DNA of 63,032 nt, filler included, from Piptocephalis cylindrospora (Eukaryota), in the NCBI GenBank assembly GCA_003614145.1. It is 23 parts of 23 records of this genome, joined end to end, with 100 filler letters (N's around TTAATTAATTAA, not from the genome) between each part and the next. Parts side by side here need not be neighbours in the genome. Positions count along the whole stretch, not along the records: positions 1 to 2,692 come from KZ988884.1; positions 2,793 to 5,483 come from KZ988885.1; positions 5,584 to 8,271 come from KZ988886.1; positions 8,372 to 11,059 come from KZ988887.1; positions 11,160 to 13,839 come from KZ988888.1; 18 more parts are not named here. One strand, given 5' to 3'. The notes beneath the pieces were generated by a model. The model did not search any database, was not told the origin of the DNA, and worked only from the letters and a program-made list of their open reading frames with translations. Shown piece by piece: positions 1 through 11,883 of this stretch (position 1 is its first letter; every line of letters begins with the position of its first letter). A program made the translations under genes and the position numbers.

Positions 1-2288
1 TCACACAAGGAAAGGACGTGGACCTGGTGGGTCACGAGGACAACACCCCGGCCCCGAAGCAAAGGACCCTTAAGACAGGACTGAACGATATACCGAGCGA
101 CAGAGGCATTCATACCACGGAAAGGGTCATCAAGGAGAAGAAGGGGGGAGGTACCATAGGCAGCCCTCGCCAGGGCCACTCGCTGCCTCTGACCTACACT
201 CAGGTTCCCTCCACCATCGGCAATCTCAGTGGCATCACCTCGGGCCATACGGGTAAGTTCACCGCCCAGGGCGCAGGCCTTAATGACCCCCTCATACCGT
301 TCGGGATCCCAGGGTCGACCAAAGACAATATTCTCCCGAAGAGTGGCACGAACCAGCCAAGGTTCGGGACCGACGTACGCAAAGGCAGCACGACGGGAAA
401 AGTACAGTTGGGCCAGGCCCTGAGTATGACGGAGCTGACCCATCAAAGCGGCTAAAAGGGAAGATTTGCCAGAGCCCACATCACCGACCACAGCGACAAC
501 TTCATCTTGATGTACCTGGAGATTAAGGAAAGTAAGGGTGGGTTTAACAGTGTGACCCCACTCAAAATCGGCATTTTCCAGACGAATGAGCAGGGTAGGG
601 TCATTCTCTGGAGGAGAGGGGACAGGAGTCTCAGTGGAGGAGGAAGAGTGGGCAGTAGGGGGCCTGGGATCCTTTCCCTTGGGGTCCAAGTCAGTGGAGG
701 AGGAGTGGGGGGCATTAGAAAAGGGAGCAATGGGAGCATCCTCTAGAGAGAAAAAAGCATCAAAGTGCGCATAAGCCTTTGTGGTAGAAAGGTAGGATTT
801 CAGAGCCAAGGGCAGCATCATCCAAGGGAAACTACCGGGGGAGGGGGAGGGGAGAAGAGAAGAGAAGAAAGAGAGAAGATTAGATTCAGGAGAGAGAGAG
901 AGAAAATGTTTTTGGTCCTGATGAGCCTATGAAACGTACCGAAGAGCATTAAAGATGGAAACAAGGACAAAAACATGAGTGGCACGCATGACAGCATCAC
1001 CCATGATGGCCCGATTCATCTCGAGACAGACTAAGGTGGCAAGAATGGGAGCGCCAAAGACAAGAGCCATGGACCAGTTCTTGGCAAGGAGGGAACGACG
1101 CAGTTGGTGCATCTCCTGAGCACGAACGTTATAGACCTGGTCTCGAAAGTGAATTTCCCAAGCGTAAAATTTAATGAGTCTCAAGGCGACGAGGATCTCA
1201 GAGATGCGCCGGACGCGCATGCCAGTGAGATCGGCCATGGCGGAACCGTGACGGGAGATGGAGACACCGAGGGCGTACTGAGTGGGAAGGAGGAGGAGGA
1301 GAAGGAGGCCAAGGGCGGGAAGGGCGGAAACACGAAGCTCGACAAAGGCCAGGCCAATGACGACAAGGGTCTCGACAGCGGCGGACCAGATATAGTGCTT
1401 GTGAATGAGAGATTCGGCGATGCGATTGCAATCATCGGCGACAAGGGAAACGACATCACCAGGGGACACGGTGCCTGGGGGGATGCACAGGGCTTTGCGA
1501 TAGGTGGCGGTGATGAGGGCAGCACGAACAACGACGCCCTGGCGAGTGGCCTGGTAGGCAAGTTGCTGGGTGGATACGGCGCCGAGGAGGGTAGAGAGGA
1601 AGAGGGCGGCAGCAAAGGCATGGGCCACACCCAGGGAGGTAGATGGATTGGAGGAGGAGGCGGTTTCAATGTAATCCAGGATTCTCTTGAGAAAGTAATA
1701 GCCGCCCAGGTAGGTCATAGCCATGCCTAGAAGCCTCCATATGGCCAAGAGATCATGGGAGCGACCAAAGGCTCTTCGTAAGGCCCTTCGAACTGAGGGT
1801 TGTCGAGAGGAGGGAGTGGTGGGGGCAGCGGCAGCGGCAGCGGGTGGAGTAGTGGAGGAGGAGTGCAGGACGGATGATTTGGTGATAGGAGAAGTGACTG
1901 GCGAACCATGGAGAGGGAAGCCCCCTTGAGGATCCCCGGTGGAGAGTGGGTCCAGGGAGGGATCTGATGTGGCGGCGGAGGAAGAAGAGAGGAATTCCTT
2001 GGCAAGAGCAGGCTCCAAGCGGGCTACAGCGGCCTCAGCGGTCTCTGGGAAAGGGAGGAGGAAACGGTCGAGGGTGAGGTTAAAACGGCGGGAAAGGGCG
2101 AGAAGAGGAAAGACGGGAAGGAAGAGGGCACGGGAGAGGAAGCAGCCACCGTCCAGGGCGATGGAGCGAGTCGAGTCGGCTGAGGCAGCGGATGTATTGG
2201 TCGTAGCATGGGCGATGCGAGGGTTAGGGGTCTGTCCAGGATTGGTGGCTGGAGCAGGCAAGGCGTCCTCTGCAGTGTCCCGGGTCAT
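1..2288 (-). CDS. ABCC/MRP-type ABC transporter, N-terminal half (TMD1 + NBD1), 3'-partial
   Basis: Exon 2288-940 encodes the TMD (IKFYAWE motif). Intron 939-832 (GTACGT...TAG). Exon 2 has Walker A GDVGSGKS, signature LSVGQRQRVALARA, Walker B LLLLDDP and H-loop LVTHQ. Confidence 0.93.
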
Positions 2289-2692
2289 GGTGAGTGTGGG
2301 CCTGTGTGGGAGGAGGGGAGAGGGGAGGGAAGGAGGTTAGGACCAGGAGTCCGAAGAAAGGTAAGGACAGGGACTGGCAAAGTGGCCAGTATGTGGTAAG
2401 GTGAGAGAAGTTACAAAACAAGCGGTGGAAAATGAGGGGGAAAGCGAGGGTGGGTGGTGGAGGAGCAGAGAAAGAATAGAGAATAAGTAGAGAGAAGATA
2501 AAAGAAGAAAAATGGATGGGTATGGGGATGAGCAACCAGCGATATGAGATGGAAGAGGGACAAGTGAGGGAGAGGAGGAAGGGTTTTAGACTGACACAGC
2601 CGGGAGGGCAAAGATCAAGGCCGTGCAGGCGCAGCCACACACACACACAATGGGGGAAGGGTGAGAGAGAAGGATAGAGCGGGGATTCCTGT

Positions 2693-2792
2693 NNNNNNNN
2701 NNNNNNNNNNNNNNNNNNNNNNNNNNNNNNNNNNNNTTAATTAATTAANNNNNNNNNNNNNNNNNNNNNNNNNNNNNNNNNNNNNNNNNNNN
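2693..2792. other. Artificial contig-joining linker (first of 22)
   Basis: 44 N + TTAATTAATTAA (stops in all six frames) + 44 N. Other copies start at 5484, 8272, 11060, 13840, 16508, 19285, 22057, 24829, 27597, 30354, 33108, 35747, 38493, 41238, 43980, 46715, 49443, 52167, 54888, 57605 and 60320. Confidence 0.99.
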
Positions 2793-2989
2793 AGAAACAC
2801 GCCCGCTTTGTCCCAAACCCCCCCCCCCCCCCCCCATCCGCCCTAGACAAGGATTCACGGTCAAAAACATCCGATGTAATTAATAGAGAAGATGGTCAAG
2901 AAAGCGGAAAAAAAAAAGGAGGGGGGGAGATAAGGCTAGACAGGAAACACCCGCGCTCACGCATGTCGACCTCAAAGAGGAAGGGGAAA

Positions 2990-3508
2990 TTAGAAGAGCT
3001 GAAGGGCAACAACACCGACAGCCAGGACCACTGCACCACCCGAGACCTGTCGGGAGGTTGTGGCAGCCGAGGTGTTGGTAGCGCCGGTGTTGGTGGGCTT
3101 GGGTGCGTTCACCGTGGAGGTGGGGAGGGGCGAGGGGTTGGCCGAGGGGACAGTGCCCGAGGGGACAGTGCCTGAGGGGACAGCGCCTGAGGGGACGGCG
3201 CCCGAGGGGACGGCACCCGAGGGGATAGCGCCAGAGGGCACGGCGCCTGAGGGGACGGCACCAGAGGGGACGGCACCAGAGGGGATGGAGCCCGAGGGGA
3301 TGGAGCCCGAGGGGATACTACCCGACGGGACAGAGCCCGAGGGGACGGAGCCCGAGGGGATGGCGGGGATATCTGTGCCAGCTGGCGGCTGAGGCTGAGG
3401 CTGAGCGCCGCCTGGTGTGGGGGCAACGACAGGGGCGGAGGCATCTTGGGCAAAGACGGTGGAGCCGCCAAGGGCGACGAGGGCAAGGAGAGCGACAGAG
3501 ACCTGCAT
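2990..3508 (-). CDS. Secreted, probably GPI-anchored surface protein with pentapeptide repeats
   Basis: ATG at 3508, signal peptide MQVSVALLALVALGGSTVFAQ, 14 x [VI]PSG[SAT] plus VPSAN, a Thr/Pro-rich stalk and a hydrophobic C-terminus. Confidence 0.85.
   Translation of the reverse strand: MQVSVALLALVALGGSTVFAQDASAPVVAPTPGGAQPQPQPPAGTDIPAIPSGSVPSGSVPSGSIPSGSIPSGSIPSGAVPSGAVPSGAVPSGAIPSGAVPSGAVPSGAVPSGTVPSGTVPSANPSPLPTSTVNAPKPTNTGATNTSAATTSRQVSGGAVVLAVGVVALQLF
3137..3361 (-). repeat. Coding minisatellite, 15 x 15 bp
   Basis: Tandem GAGGGGA(C/T)-containing units on the + strand with variation at synonymous positions. Confidence 0.9.
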
Positions 3509-3888
3509 AGTGACTAATGGAATGCTTGATGGGTAGGGGGAGGAAAGAATGCAACGAGATACGATGGGTAGGTGGGGGGGGAGTGATAGAGGGATGAGAG
3601 GGGATGGAAGAGTAATCAAGGATGGATATGGGATGTATTTATAAGAACCCGAGTGGGATCGATGAAATGCATCGTGTCAATGTACACGACTTGCATGAGG
3701 TTTCAGCTAGGAAAGGGACGAGAATCCAAATCAAGGATCTATTTTTGGGGACGACGGCTTGTACACCAGTCAAGTGATGGAGGAGGCATGCTGTGATGAG
3801 ACGAGCGGTCATCTCTCCCTCTCTACCACACTCACCAAGGAGAACCATGATGGGGGACTTGGCTTGGCATTTTGAAGAGGGGAGAAGA

Positions 3889-3922
<34 letters not shown>

Positions 3923-5708
3923 TTGCTCATTCCCAGCGATGGAGCAGACTGCAGAGGATGAGAAGCAGAGCAAGAGAGAGGGCGAGGGCGAGGTTGATAA
4001 GGTATGTAAAGGGACCCAGAGTGGATTCACCGCACACTCTCTCGACCAAAGCGTATGGGGGCGGCCTCTCTTTCTCTCGTCCCCAGGTCACATTACATGG
4101 GTGTAGAGGAGATACTCAGAGAGAGGGGGGGGCTGCACATGGGGAGATAGAGATGTTGTTTATCTGGGGCCCCATGGCTGCTGTGAGTAGGGAAAGCAAG
4201 TGTAGGTAAGAGACAAGGCCTGGTTTGACCTGGCTCAGACCCGGGTGAGGGAGAGAGAAGCGGGTAGAGAGGGTTGGGTTCCTGCGTACGTCTCAAGCTC
4301 CGCTCCCTCAAAGTGAGTTCCCTTGTGCGCTGGGGATGAGAGAAAGGAGACGTTTGCCAAGCCTCTGCACCATCCTCCCCTCTCGGCAGCGCNNNNNNNN
4401 NNGCGCGGGGGGTGAGAAAAAGGAGACGTTTGCCAAGCCTCTGCCCCATCCTCCCCTCTCGGCAGCGCTACTGACCTCATCCTGACCCGTCCGTCATGCC
4501 CTTGGATGTGCACATTTCAGGGAGACGGGATGATGTGCTGGGATGATGCTGCTGAGCAGGAGGGGATGGAATGGGAGGACAGGCTTTGGGAATGCTCCAA
4601 AAATATGGCAATGGGTGACACATGTCTTTTCTGGACCTCCCCTTTTAGAGGATGGAGAGTTGACGACATGATATGCCGGACCCAAGAGGGGGAGGAATCA
4701 ACGGAAGGTTATGAAGGAGAGGAGGAGGAGGAGGAGGGTCCACAGGACCACGGCTTTGGATGGGGCCCGACCCGCTAGAAGGATGCTAGAAGCATCCAGA
4801 GATCCAGAGTCCTGTGCATGAGATGCACACAAAGGTCGCCTTGGGACACAAAAGAGCCCTGGGAGAAGGGGGCTTTGGATGGATCAAGTCTAGGCTGGAG
4901 AGAGAGAGAGGCAGGTCCTAGCATCAAATAACGGGGGCAAAGGAATGAGAGCAAGGACGTGACCATGAGAAGCAAGAACAAATCCTCGTGATGGAGACCA
5001 TGTCATCCTCTTTCTCCAGCATCAACAACACGTCCATCTCTTGTCTTGTCTTGTCTTATCTCCATCTCTCGTCTACTTGCTCTAAAAGAAGAGAGATCCC
5101 CCAGATAGATGGACGAGTGACCATTGTATGGCGCTGGTGCAAGAAGAATGACCACGACTCTAGGCAAAATGTACTGCTATGGGGGGGGGGGGGGCACCAG
5201 ACAACGGGGGTGTTTTTGTTTACTCCCCTGCCATAAAGCACCGATCACATTTCCGGTCCCATACACATAGTTTACACCGATAATAGTGAAAGAGAGGCCA
5301 AGTCCCACACATACACATCGAGGCATTGTCTGGCTTATTCATCCCGCCTGGAGGAGGAGGAGGAGGAGGAGGAAGAGGAAGAGGCATCTCTCAGTCCCCT
5401 CATAGACGACCCCTCAGCCCACACAAAACACCTTCTCAGCTCTCATAGACCCTCCCTCCACGACGAAGAGATATCCGACTCCTNNNNNNNNNNNNNNNNN
5501 NNNNNNNNNNNNNNNNNNNNNNNNNNNTTAATTAATTAANNNNNNNNNNNNNNNNNNNNNNNNNNNNNNNNNNNNNNNNNNNNCACTCTTTCTGGCCCTC
5601 CGATCCCTACGTCGACGACGACTCTCCCGTTTCCCGAGAAGAGGGGCTGTGTTACTATGCCGAAGGGCTGGTCGATCCGGTGAAGCAGGAGAAGGGACGG
5701 TCCCATAA

Positions 5709-6614
5709 TTGCTCTGGGAATGGACCAAGAAGGGCCCTGTGGTGGGACAGGACATGGCCGTTGCCGTGAGCTTTTTCGAAGAAAGCGCCACAAAATACTT
5801 CACCATGCTGGCCTCCTTCCTCTTGGCTCTTTCTTTCATGATGGGATCCACAGCCACAGCCTTTTTCGAATCTGTGGTCTTCCTCTTTGTGCAGTAAGTT
5901 CTATGGCCTAGCATGTAGAAGTATTCCCGGGTGTCTGACCATATCCCTAACAACATCTAATCCTTTTCCTAGGCATCCCTACGATGTGGGCGATTCCATT
6001 GAGGTAGAGGGGATCGAGTACAAGGTGCGGGAGATGCAGCTCCTCACTTCAGTCCTAGAGCAATCTGATGGAGCCATGGTCCTTGCTCCCAATGCTCAGC
6101 TGGCCCAAAAGTTCATCCGGAATCACCGAAGATCCGCCGATGAAAAGGAGGCCATCTGGATTGATGTGGATTTTAATACGCCTGACGGGTCAATCCACAA
6201 ACTAAACCAGCGTATGAGCTCCTTCCTTCGCTCCCATCGTCGAGACTACAAAGACGACCTTTCCTTGAGCATTTTGGAGATCTGGAGATCCTCGCGCATT
6301 AAAATCGAGCTGACTGTCCCATTCCGGGGAAATATCCAGGACGAACAACGGAAGATTGAGCGAAGGAACCGGGTAAGTCTTCTGGAATAATGGGATTGAG
6401 GCCCCATCATTCATCTCATCCTCCTTCATCCTAGTTCCTCCTGCATCTCAAGGGTGTTCTGGCGGACCTGAATATTCAGTACCAGGGGGATCTTCAGCGG
6501 GTTCGTCTGACCGAGGAATCCCGGTCTAGCGGAAGTCAGAGGAGGTGGCCATCCCAGTCCGAAGGGCTGAATCAGAACGCTGGTCTCGACTCTAGTGGAT
6601 CCACCCTTCGCTGA
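5709..6614 (+). CDS. MscS-family mechanosensitive channel (Msy1/Msy2-like), 5'-partial
   Basis: FFESVVFLFV-HPYDVGD motif across an intron at about 5894-5972, then APNAQLAQKFIRNHRRS. Last exon ends at TGA 6612-6614. Confidence 0.88.
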
Positions 6615-6766
6615 GAACTAGCATAAATACATGAATGCGTTTAGATGAGAGAATACTGGATGATTGTACTCAAAGCATGAAGCAAATTCATTATAACTAA
6701 TCAAGGAAAGAATCCTTGTCCATTTCACTAGGCATTATATATCTAGGACATGTCTCTTCCCCTTCC

Positions 6767-7073
6767 TCACGACTTTGACTTGACCTCTTGACCTTGCTCA
6801 AGGTAGGCACGTAGCTGCTGCTGCTCCTGTAGCTCCTGGGTATTCTTCTGCTTTCTCTGATACTTTTCCTCCTCCAAGGCCAGACCGGCGCGCATGGCCT
6901 AAGGTGCAGTGGGGAAGAGGAGGGGGAGGGATTAAGACGCGGCCAGGATCTTGGATAGGGATGTCAACAGAACTTACCTCTCGTTCAGACTGTTGCATAT
7001 GGTGGACACCATAGACAATACCAACGGTAAAGAGGATAGACCCAGCTAGGGTGAGCTTTGCTCGGGTAGACAT
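6767..7073 (-). CDS. PET117: Cytochrome c oxidase assembly factor Pet117
   Basis: Exons 7073-6978 and 6898-6767 give MSTRAKLTLAGSILFTVGIVYGVHHMQQSEREAMRAGLALEEEK...LRAYLEQGQ. Confidence 0.85.
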
Positions 7074-7431
7074 GACAGAGGGACGATGCAAAGTGAAGTA
7101 GGGGAAGCGTAGAGGGCAAGATGAGATATTAAAGTTCCTTACAACAGAAATACTATAGACAATGGTGCCTAATTGTTCCGATGAATATGGCACACGGGAT
7201 ATCCCGCCGAAAAGGAGCACTTGATATCTCATAAACTTGCCTTCTTTATTATTACTATAAGCAATGTAAAAAAGAGCATATCCCCTCCCGTCCTTCCAAT
7301 CTCATTCAGCCTTGGCATTCATCTCATTTTCCAATGTGTTACTTTGCCATAATCTGTCTCAAACTCATATTCCTCCCCCAACCATTCCCTATTGGCCCAT
7401 AATGATACTAATAATCCTTTCCGATCAAAAG

Positions 7432-8271
7432 TTAATGACCTCCATATCCCCCAAGACCTTGCTGCTGTTGCTGATCGGCCATACGCATCTTCTCGGCCTC
7501 GAGACGGGTGTAGAGGAGGTAGAGGGCCATTTGATTGCACTCGGCCGACCCAGTGATGTGGACGAGGCGTTCCGCGGATCCGGGCTGGGGATCATCGATC
7601 TTGACGTGGGACCCACTCATCTGACGGATCTCATTGATCTTTCGTCCTCCTTTGCCAATGACCGCACCTACGAGCTCGTTGGGGATGAAGATTTGTTGGG
7701 TGGTGGTGGGACCTCCATTTCCTCCGCCAGTGCTCCCGGGGGCACCGGGAGCAGCGGGAGCACCACCTGGGCCCTGGGATCCAGGCATGCCGTAGCCCAT
7801 CATCTGGTTAGGCCCGCCAGCCCCACCACCCTGGGGACCGGGCATCCCATATCCACCAGGACCAGCATTCATTTGACCAGGGGCCTGAGAGTTGGGCATG
7901 CCATAGCTCCCGGTACCCCCTCCAGGGGAGCCCATGTGCTGACCATACATACCCATGGTAGCGGCCATCTGGGGATGGGCTCCATAGGGTCCCCCCGTGG
8001 GTCCCATGGCATAAGGGGAGGGGTAAGCGGCCTGGAGAGCCCCGGCCGGGGGAGGTCCAGGGTGAGAGTGGGAGGAGCCATGTTGACCGCCACCCATACC
8101 ATGGGAGAGATGGGAAGAGGAGGAGAGGTTGGGGGAATGGCCGGATCCAGCATGGTGCCTTCCCTTGTCCTTGCCTCCCTCCCCACTGTTGTTTCCACCC
8201 CCACCCAGGGCATGTCTCCCAGGAACGGGACGGTAGGCTACATTACCGACGGCTCGATCCTGGTTCATTTC
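7432..8271 (-). CDS. KH-domain RNA-binding protein (PCBP/Pbp2/Rnc1-like), C-terminal part
   Basis: G/P/M/Y-rich low-complexity linker followed by a KH domain QIFIPNELVGAVIGKGGRKINEIRQMSG. Confidence 0.88.
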   Translation of the reverse strand, partial: EMNQDRAVGNVAYRPVPGRHALGGGGNNSGEGGKDKGRHHAGSGHSPNLSSSSHLSHGMGGGQHGSSHSHPGPPPAGALQAAYPSPYAMGPTGGPYGAHPQMAATMGMYGQHMGSPGGGTGSYGMPNSQAPGQMNAGPGGYGMPGPQGGGAGGPNQMMGYGMPGSQGPGGAPAAPGAPGSTGGGNGGPTTTQQIFIPNELVGAVIGKGGRKINEIRQMSGSHVKIDDPQPGSAERLVHITGSAECNQMALYLLYTRLEAEKMRMADQQQQQGLGGYGGH

Positions 8272-8371
8272 NNNNNNNNNNNNNNNNNNNNNNNNNNNNN
8301 NNNNNNNNNNNNNNNTTAATTAATTAANNNNNNNNNNNNNNNNNNNNNNNNNNNNNNNNNNNNNNNNNNNN

Positions 8372-9163
8372 ATAACTGTTGCAGCGTAGCCATCTTTTTC
8401 TTTTTTTGCGCTTCTTTCTTCTTCCTATTCTTCTCGGCCCTCTTTACCGTATCCACTTTGGCTTTCTTGACCGATAGGGGATTTGGGATAACCTTTGCTG
8501 CCTTTCGCTTCTTCTTCACTTTCTCCTCCCCCTCCCCTCCCTCAGTCTGGCCCTCCTCCCCCCCTTGGATAAGCTTTTCCGTTCGAACGAGCTCTTTGGT
8601 AGAGACCATTCTCTTGGCCTTTTCCCCATCCTGAACCGCCTTTGTCGTGGCCGGGGAGGGCGGCTCGAGAATTAAAACTGCTCGGTTAATGTACAACAGG
8701 GGCGTGCCAGGGACCCTGCGTAGCTGATCGCGCAGCTCGGCATTCTGACTGGCCACGCAGTAATGGTGCTTGTTCTCCTTGTCGATGATCGAGGCAATGC
8801 ACTCAGACCCCGCGATTGGTGGGTTGTGCTGGCATCTTCTCCTCTCCATCCGCTTCACCATCAGCGCTGCCCCCGATGCATCCTCCCCGGCCTTTCGTAG
8901 CTCTGCCAGTACACAACTTGTCGACACTATTGAACACAGGAGAGTTCAGTTCCGAATCATCCTCTCGCCATCTTAGCTCACTTACACTGCTTAGTCGGGG
9001 CCAAAAGGACCTTGGGGAGTTGGTCCCGTAACGAAATGGTCTGGGCAAGCGCCAATTGCACAAAGTCCCCATCCACAAGGATTTGGTACGGTGGACGGAA
9101 CCCAAACCCTGTGGTGTACAGGGCCATTAAGCGTTTGTAGACCTTTTGTCGCTTAAGCCGCAT
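8372..9163 (-). CDS. UTP23: rRNA-processing PIN-domain protein Utp23, 3'-partial
   Basis: FGFRPPYQILVDG, RRRCQH, YCVASQ, VPGTPLLYI and PNPLSVKK motifs. One intron at about 8985-8928. Confidence 0.92.
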
Positions 9164-9510
9164 GTTTGGTCTTTGGTAATGAGGATGAGGAGGGAAAGGG
9201 AAGCAGTTTTGAGTAAAAGTTGATGTAACAGCAATGGTTTAGGTTGACCTGGGCTAGAAACAATGTTTTTTTCCTTGCCCTCTCTCCGATCCCTCCACAG
9301 ATCCATTACCCAGCCACTTCTTTTTCCTTAGTGGAAGTGTGGGTTTATTTCCGATTTTCGTTTCTTTTTGGCTCATTGTCCGATATATATATATATATAT
9401 GTGTGTGTGTGTATGTGTGCGATGAGGCGTGATCCTTTCATTTGTGCTCTTCCAAGATCGCTAGGGTTTGAACCTAGTCTCCTGGTCATTGGATGTACAT
9501 TTTGGTGTAT

Positions 9511-10874
9511 TTATCGAGATGTTCTACAGATCGTGTCAAGTTCATCCGAGATGACGCTCAGGTCAGATTCAAAGTACAAATTACGAATGTTGCTTCGGAT
9601 GCTGAGGAGGACCACAAGGAGGACGGGTATTGAAAGAGGAACGATGGAGAGACGAGGGGAGTTAGGAGAAGATTGGAGATACTGGAAGATCCATAAGGGA
9701 AGCGACGATATTGTGAGGGAAGACCCTGAATCTTTTAGGAAAAAGGGAGGCTTGTGATCTTCCCCAGTACGTTTTCGCTGTTTATGATGAAGCGTGATGC
9801 AGTGTGATGATCACCCAGGACATCTTCCCCATTCAATCTATGGCAACAGTAGCGCAATGACAATGGGCCACTTGATGATATTCAGCGATGCTTTTCTCAT
9901 ACTTAAGCGCTATGATCAAGAGCTCAGATCCCTACCATAAGGACAATGATAATGGAAACATGGATTTAGTTGTCCGTACAACAATGTCCTCCTTCACACA
10001 CGCAAGATGCATCATTGTCACATCTTGTAACTCGAGTGTGGAGGGTCCGAGGAACCGGAGCGAGAATATTTGACCGAGTTAGTCAACTCCATGCCATGGC
10101 CATTCGTATAGGTGACCGACGTGTCGGGCGGGTCCATGGACTCAAACTCTTCCATCTGCCCATACCCACAGGTGTACACCGTACTCATGCCCTCGCCCTT
10201 TCTTCGGCCCGTACACGTAATAACATCATAGTAGGCCATGTAAGCGACAATGGCGAGGAGGTAGAAGCCGATGGAGACATGGAAGGTGAAGAAGAGGATC
10301 TCAGAGAAGATGGGAACAGAGAATATGTTGATTTGGGCCCCAGCGATAATGATCATGTGTATTAGTGTGGCCGAGGTCCCGACCAAGGCGGCCAGGTGGA
10401 CTGATTTCATCTACGGGAAAAGGAGAGAGGCTGGTTTAGACGTGTTGGATGGACACCTCTGCGCCCCCGTATTGAAAAGTAGGGATAAATTCACCCACTT
10501 ACATTACTCAAGGTGGTGGCAGCTTGTATAAATAATGGGCTGGTGACATCATGAGGCTTGATGTGGGTGTGGTTCCAAAAATGAGAGGAAATGGACCGGG
10601 CCTCATGGATTTGTACATCCACAATGTAAGAAAAGCGCACTCCATACTCAAAACTGCACCAGGCGGCCACAGCACACGGAAAGACATAGATGATGCATGC
10701 GGCTGAAAGGAGCCATCGGTTGACCATGGGTAGGGCTCGATCAATGGCCCAGGCGTCCAGGACACTGAGGATGCTTCCGATGACGGTCATGGGCGTAATG
10801 GTGTGGAGGATTATCTGCACCGTCCGTTTCCGCAGACCGTAGTGAAGAGTGTCAAAATCAATACTGGCAGCCAT
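9511..10874 (-). CDS. Hypothetical multi-pass membrane protein, exon structure uncertain
   Basis: ATG at 10874 and several hydrophobic segments across ORF pieces 10874-10495, 10410-10210 and about 9750-9511. GTAAGT/TAG intron signals at about 10495-10411. Confidence 0.45.
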
Positions 10875-11159
10875 AGTGACAAAACTAGAGAGATGGATGC
10901 GAAAGCCATAGAAGATGAAGGGAAAGGAGAAAATCCGGAAGAATTCGCGTACAGCGTACAGCGAAGGCGTATTAAGCAAGACGAGTACCGAGTGTATGAA
11001 GAAAAGGAAGAAGAAAGAAGCGCAAAAAAAGAAAAAGATGGCTACGCTGCAACAGTTATNNNNNNNNNNNNNNNNNNNNNNNNNNNNNNNNNNNNNNNNN
11101 NNNTTAATTAATTAANNNNNNNNNNNNNNNNNNNNNNNNNNNNNNNNNNNNNNNNNNNN

Positions 11160-11671
11160 AGCCGATCGGAGGACTGGGAGTCGAGCCGCAAAGGGAAAGG
11201 AGGGCGTGGGAGACGACGGGCTAAAAAGACAGAAAAGTCAGATGAGGTTCTTGGGGAGGTAGATGGAATCTTGGTGGATACGACCAAGGGATTGGAGATA
11301 GAGGAAGAAGAGGAGGAGGAGGAGAATTTGAGCAGGGCATCAGGCACAGGTCAGCGGAAGAAGGGGAGTGGCAAGAAAGGAAAAGGAAAGGGGGGCAAGG
11401 GAGGGAATGGAGAGATGAACGAAGAGGGTGTAGGTGAGGTAAGTCCAATGAACGGGATGGCGTGGGAAGGGTATCTTTGAATGCTAGACTCATTGCCTCT
11501 CCTTCGCACTCTCCCTCGGTGATCATGCATTACCCGTAGCTGGGTTGCCATGTATGTGGAGCGACGTACGGAACGAGAAATCAACTGTTTCGCCATATTA
11601 GCGAGACGGGTCATGCACTGCATGTGGAGAGCGGCAAGGGCAAGAAGACCAAGAGCAAGGCAAGACGATGA
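11160..11671 (+). CDS. JJJ1: J-protein Jjj1/DNAJC21, C-terminal part with C2H2 zinc finger
   Basis: K/E-rich exon to 11438, intron 11439-11539, then last exon LGCHVCGATYGTRNQLFRHISETGHA...stop at 11669-11671. This exon is absent from the ORF track. Confidence 0.8.
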
Positions 11672-11883
11672 TTCCTGGGGTGCTGTGAGGTTTAGATTAT
11701 CTATGACCCATACAACAATGATGAGAAGAAGAAATAAAGCAAAACATATACGATGTTGACGCGATAGTCCAGAGAGGGAGAGAGGGAAGGAGGGCAATGA
11801 TGCAAAGAAAAAAAGAGAGAGAGGGAGACATGCCCTTTTCCACAGCTCTGGATACCCGCACGCCATTGTGCATGTAGACCCAC

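Noticed and set aside
4338..4467. Tandem duplication flanking a 10-N gap
   Set aside because: Unmerged scaffold overlap.
8372..11059. 55-nt terminal inverted repeats (8372-8426 and 11005-11059) suggesting a transposon or linear element
   Set aside because: The repeat is UTP23 coding sequence and is exactly 55 nt, a common assembler k-mer size. This fits an amplification inversion chimera.
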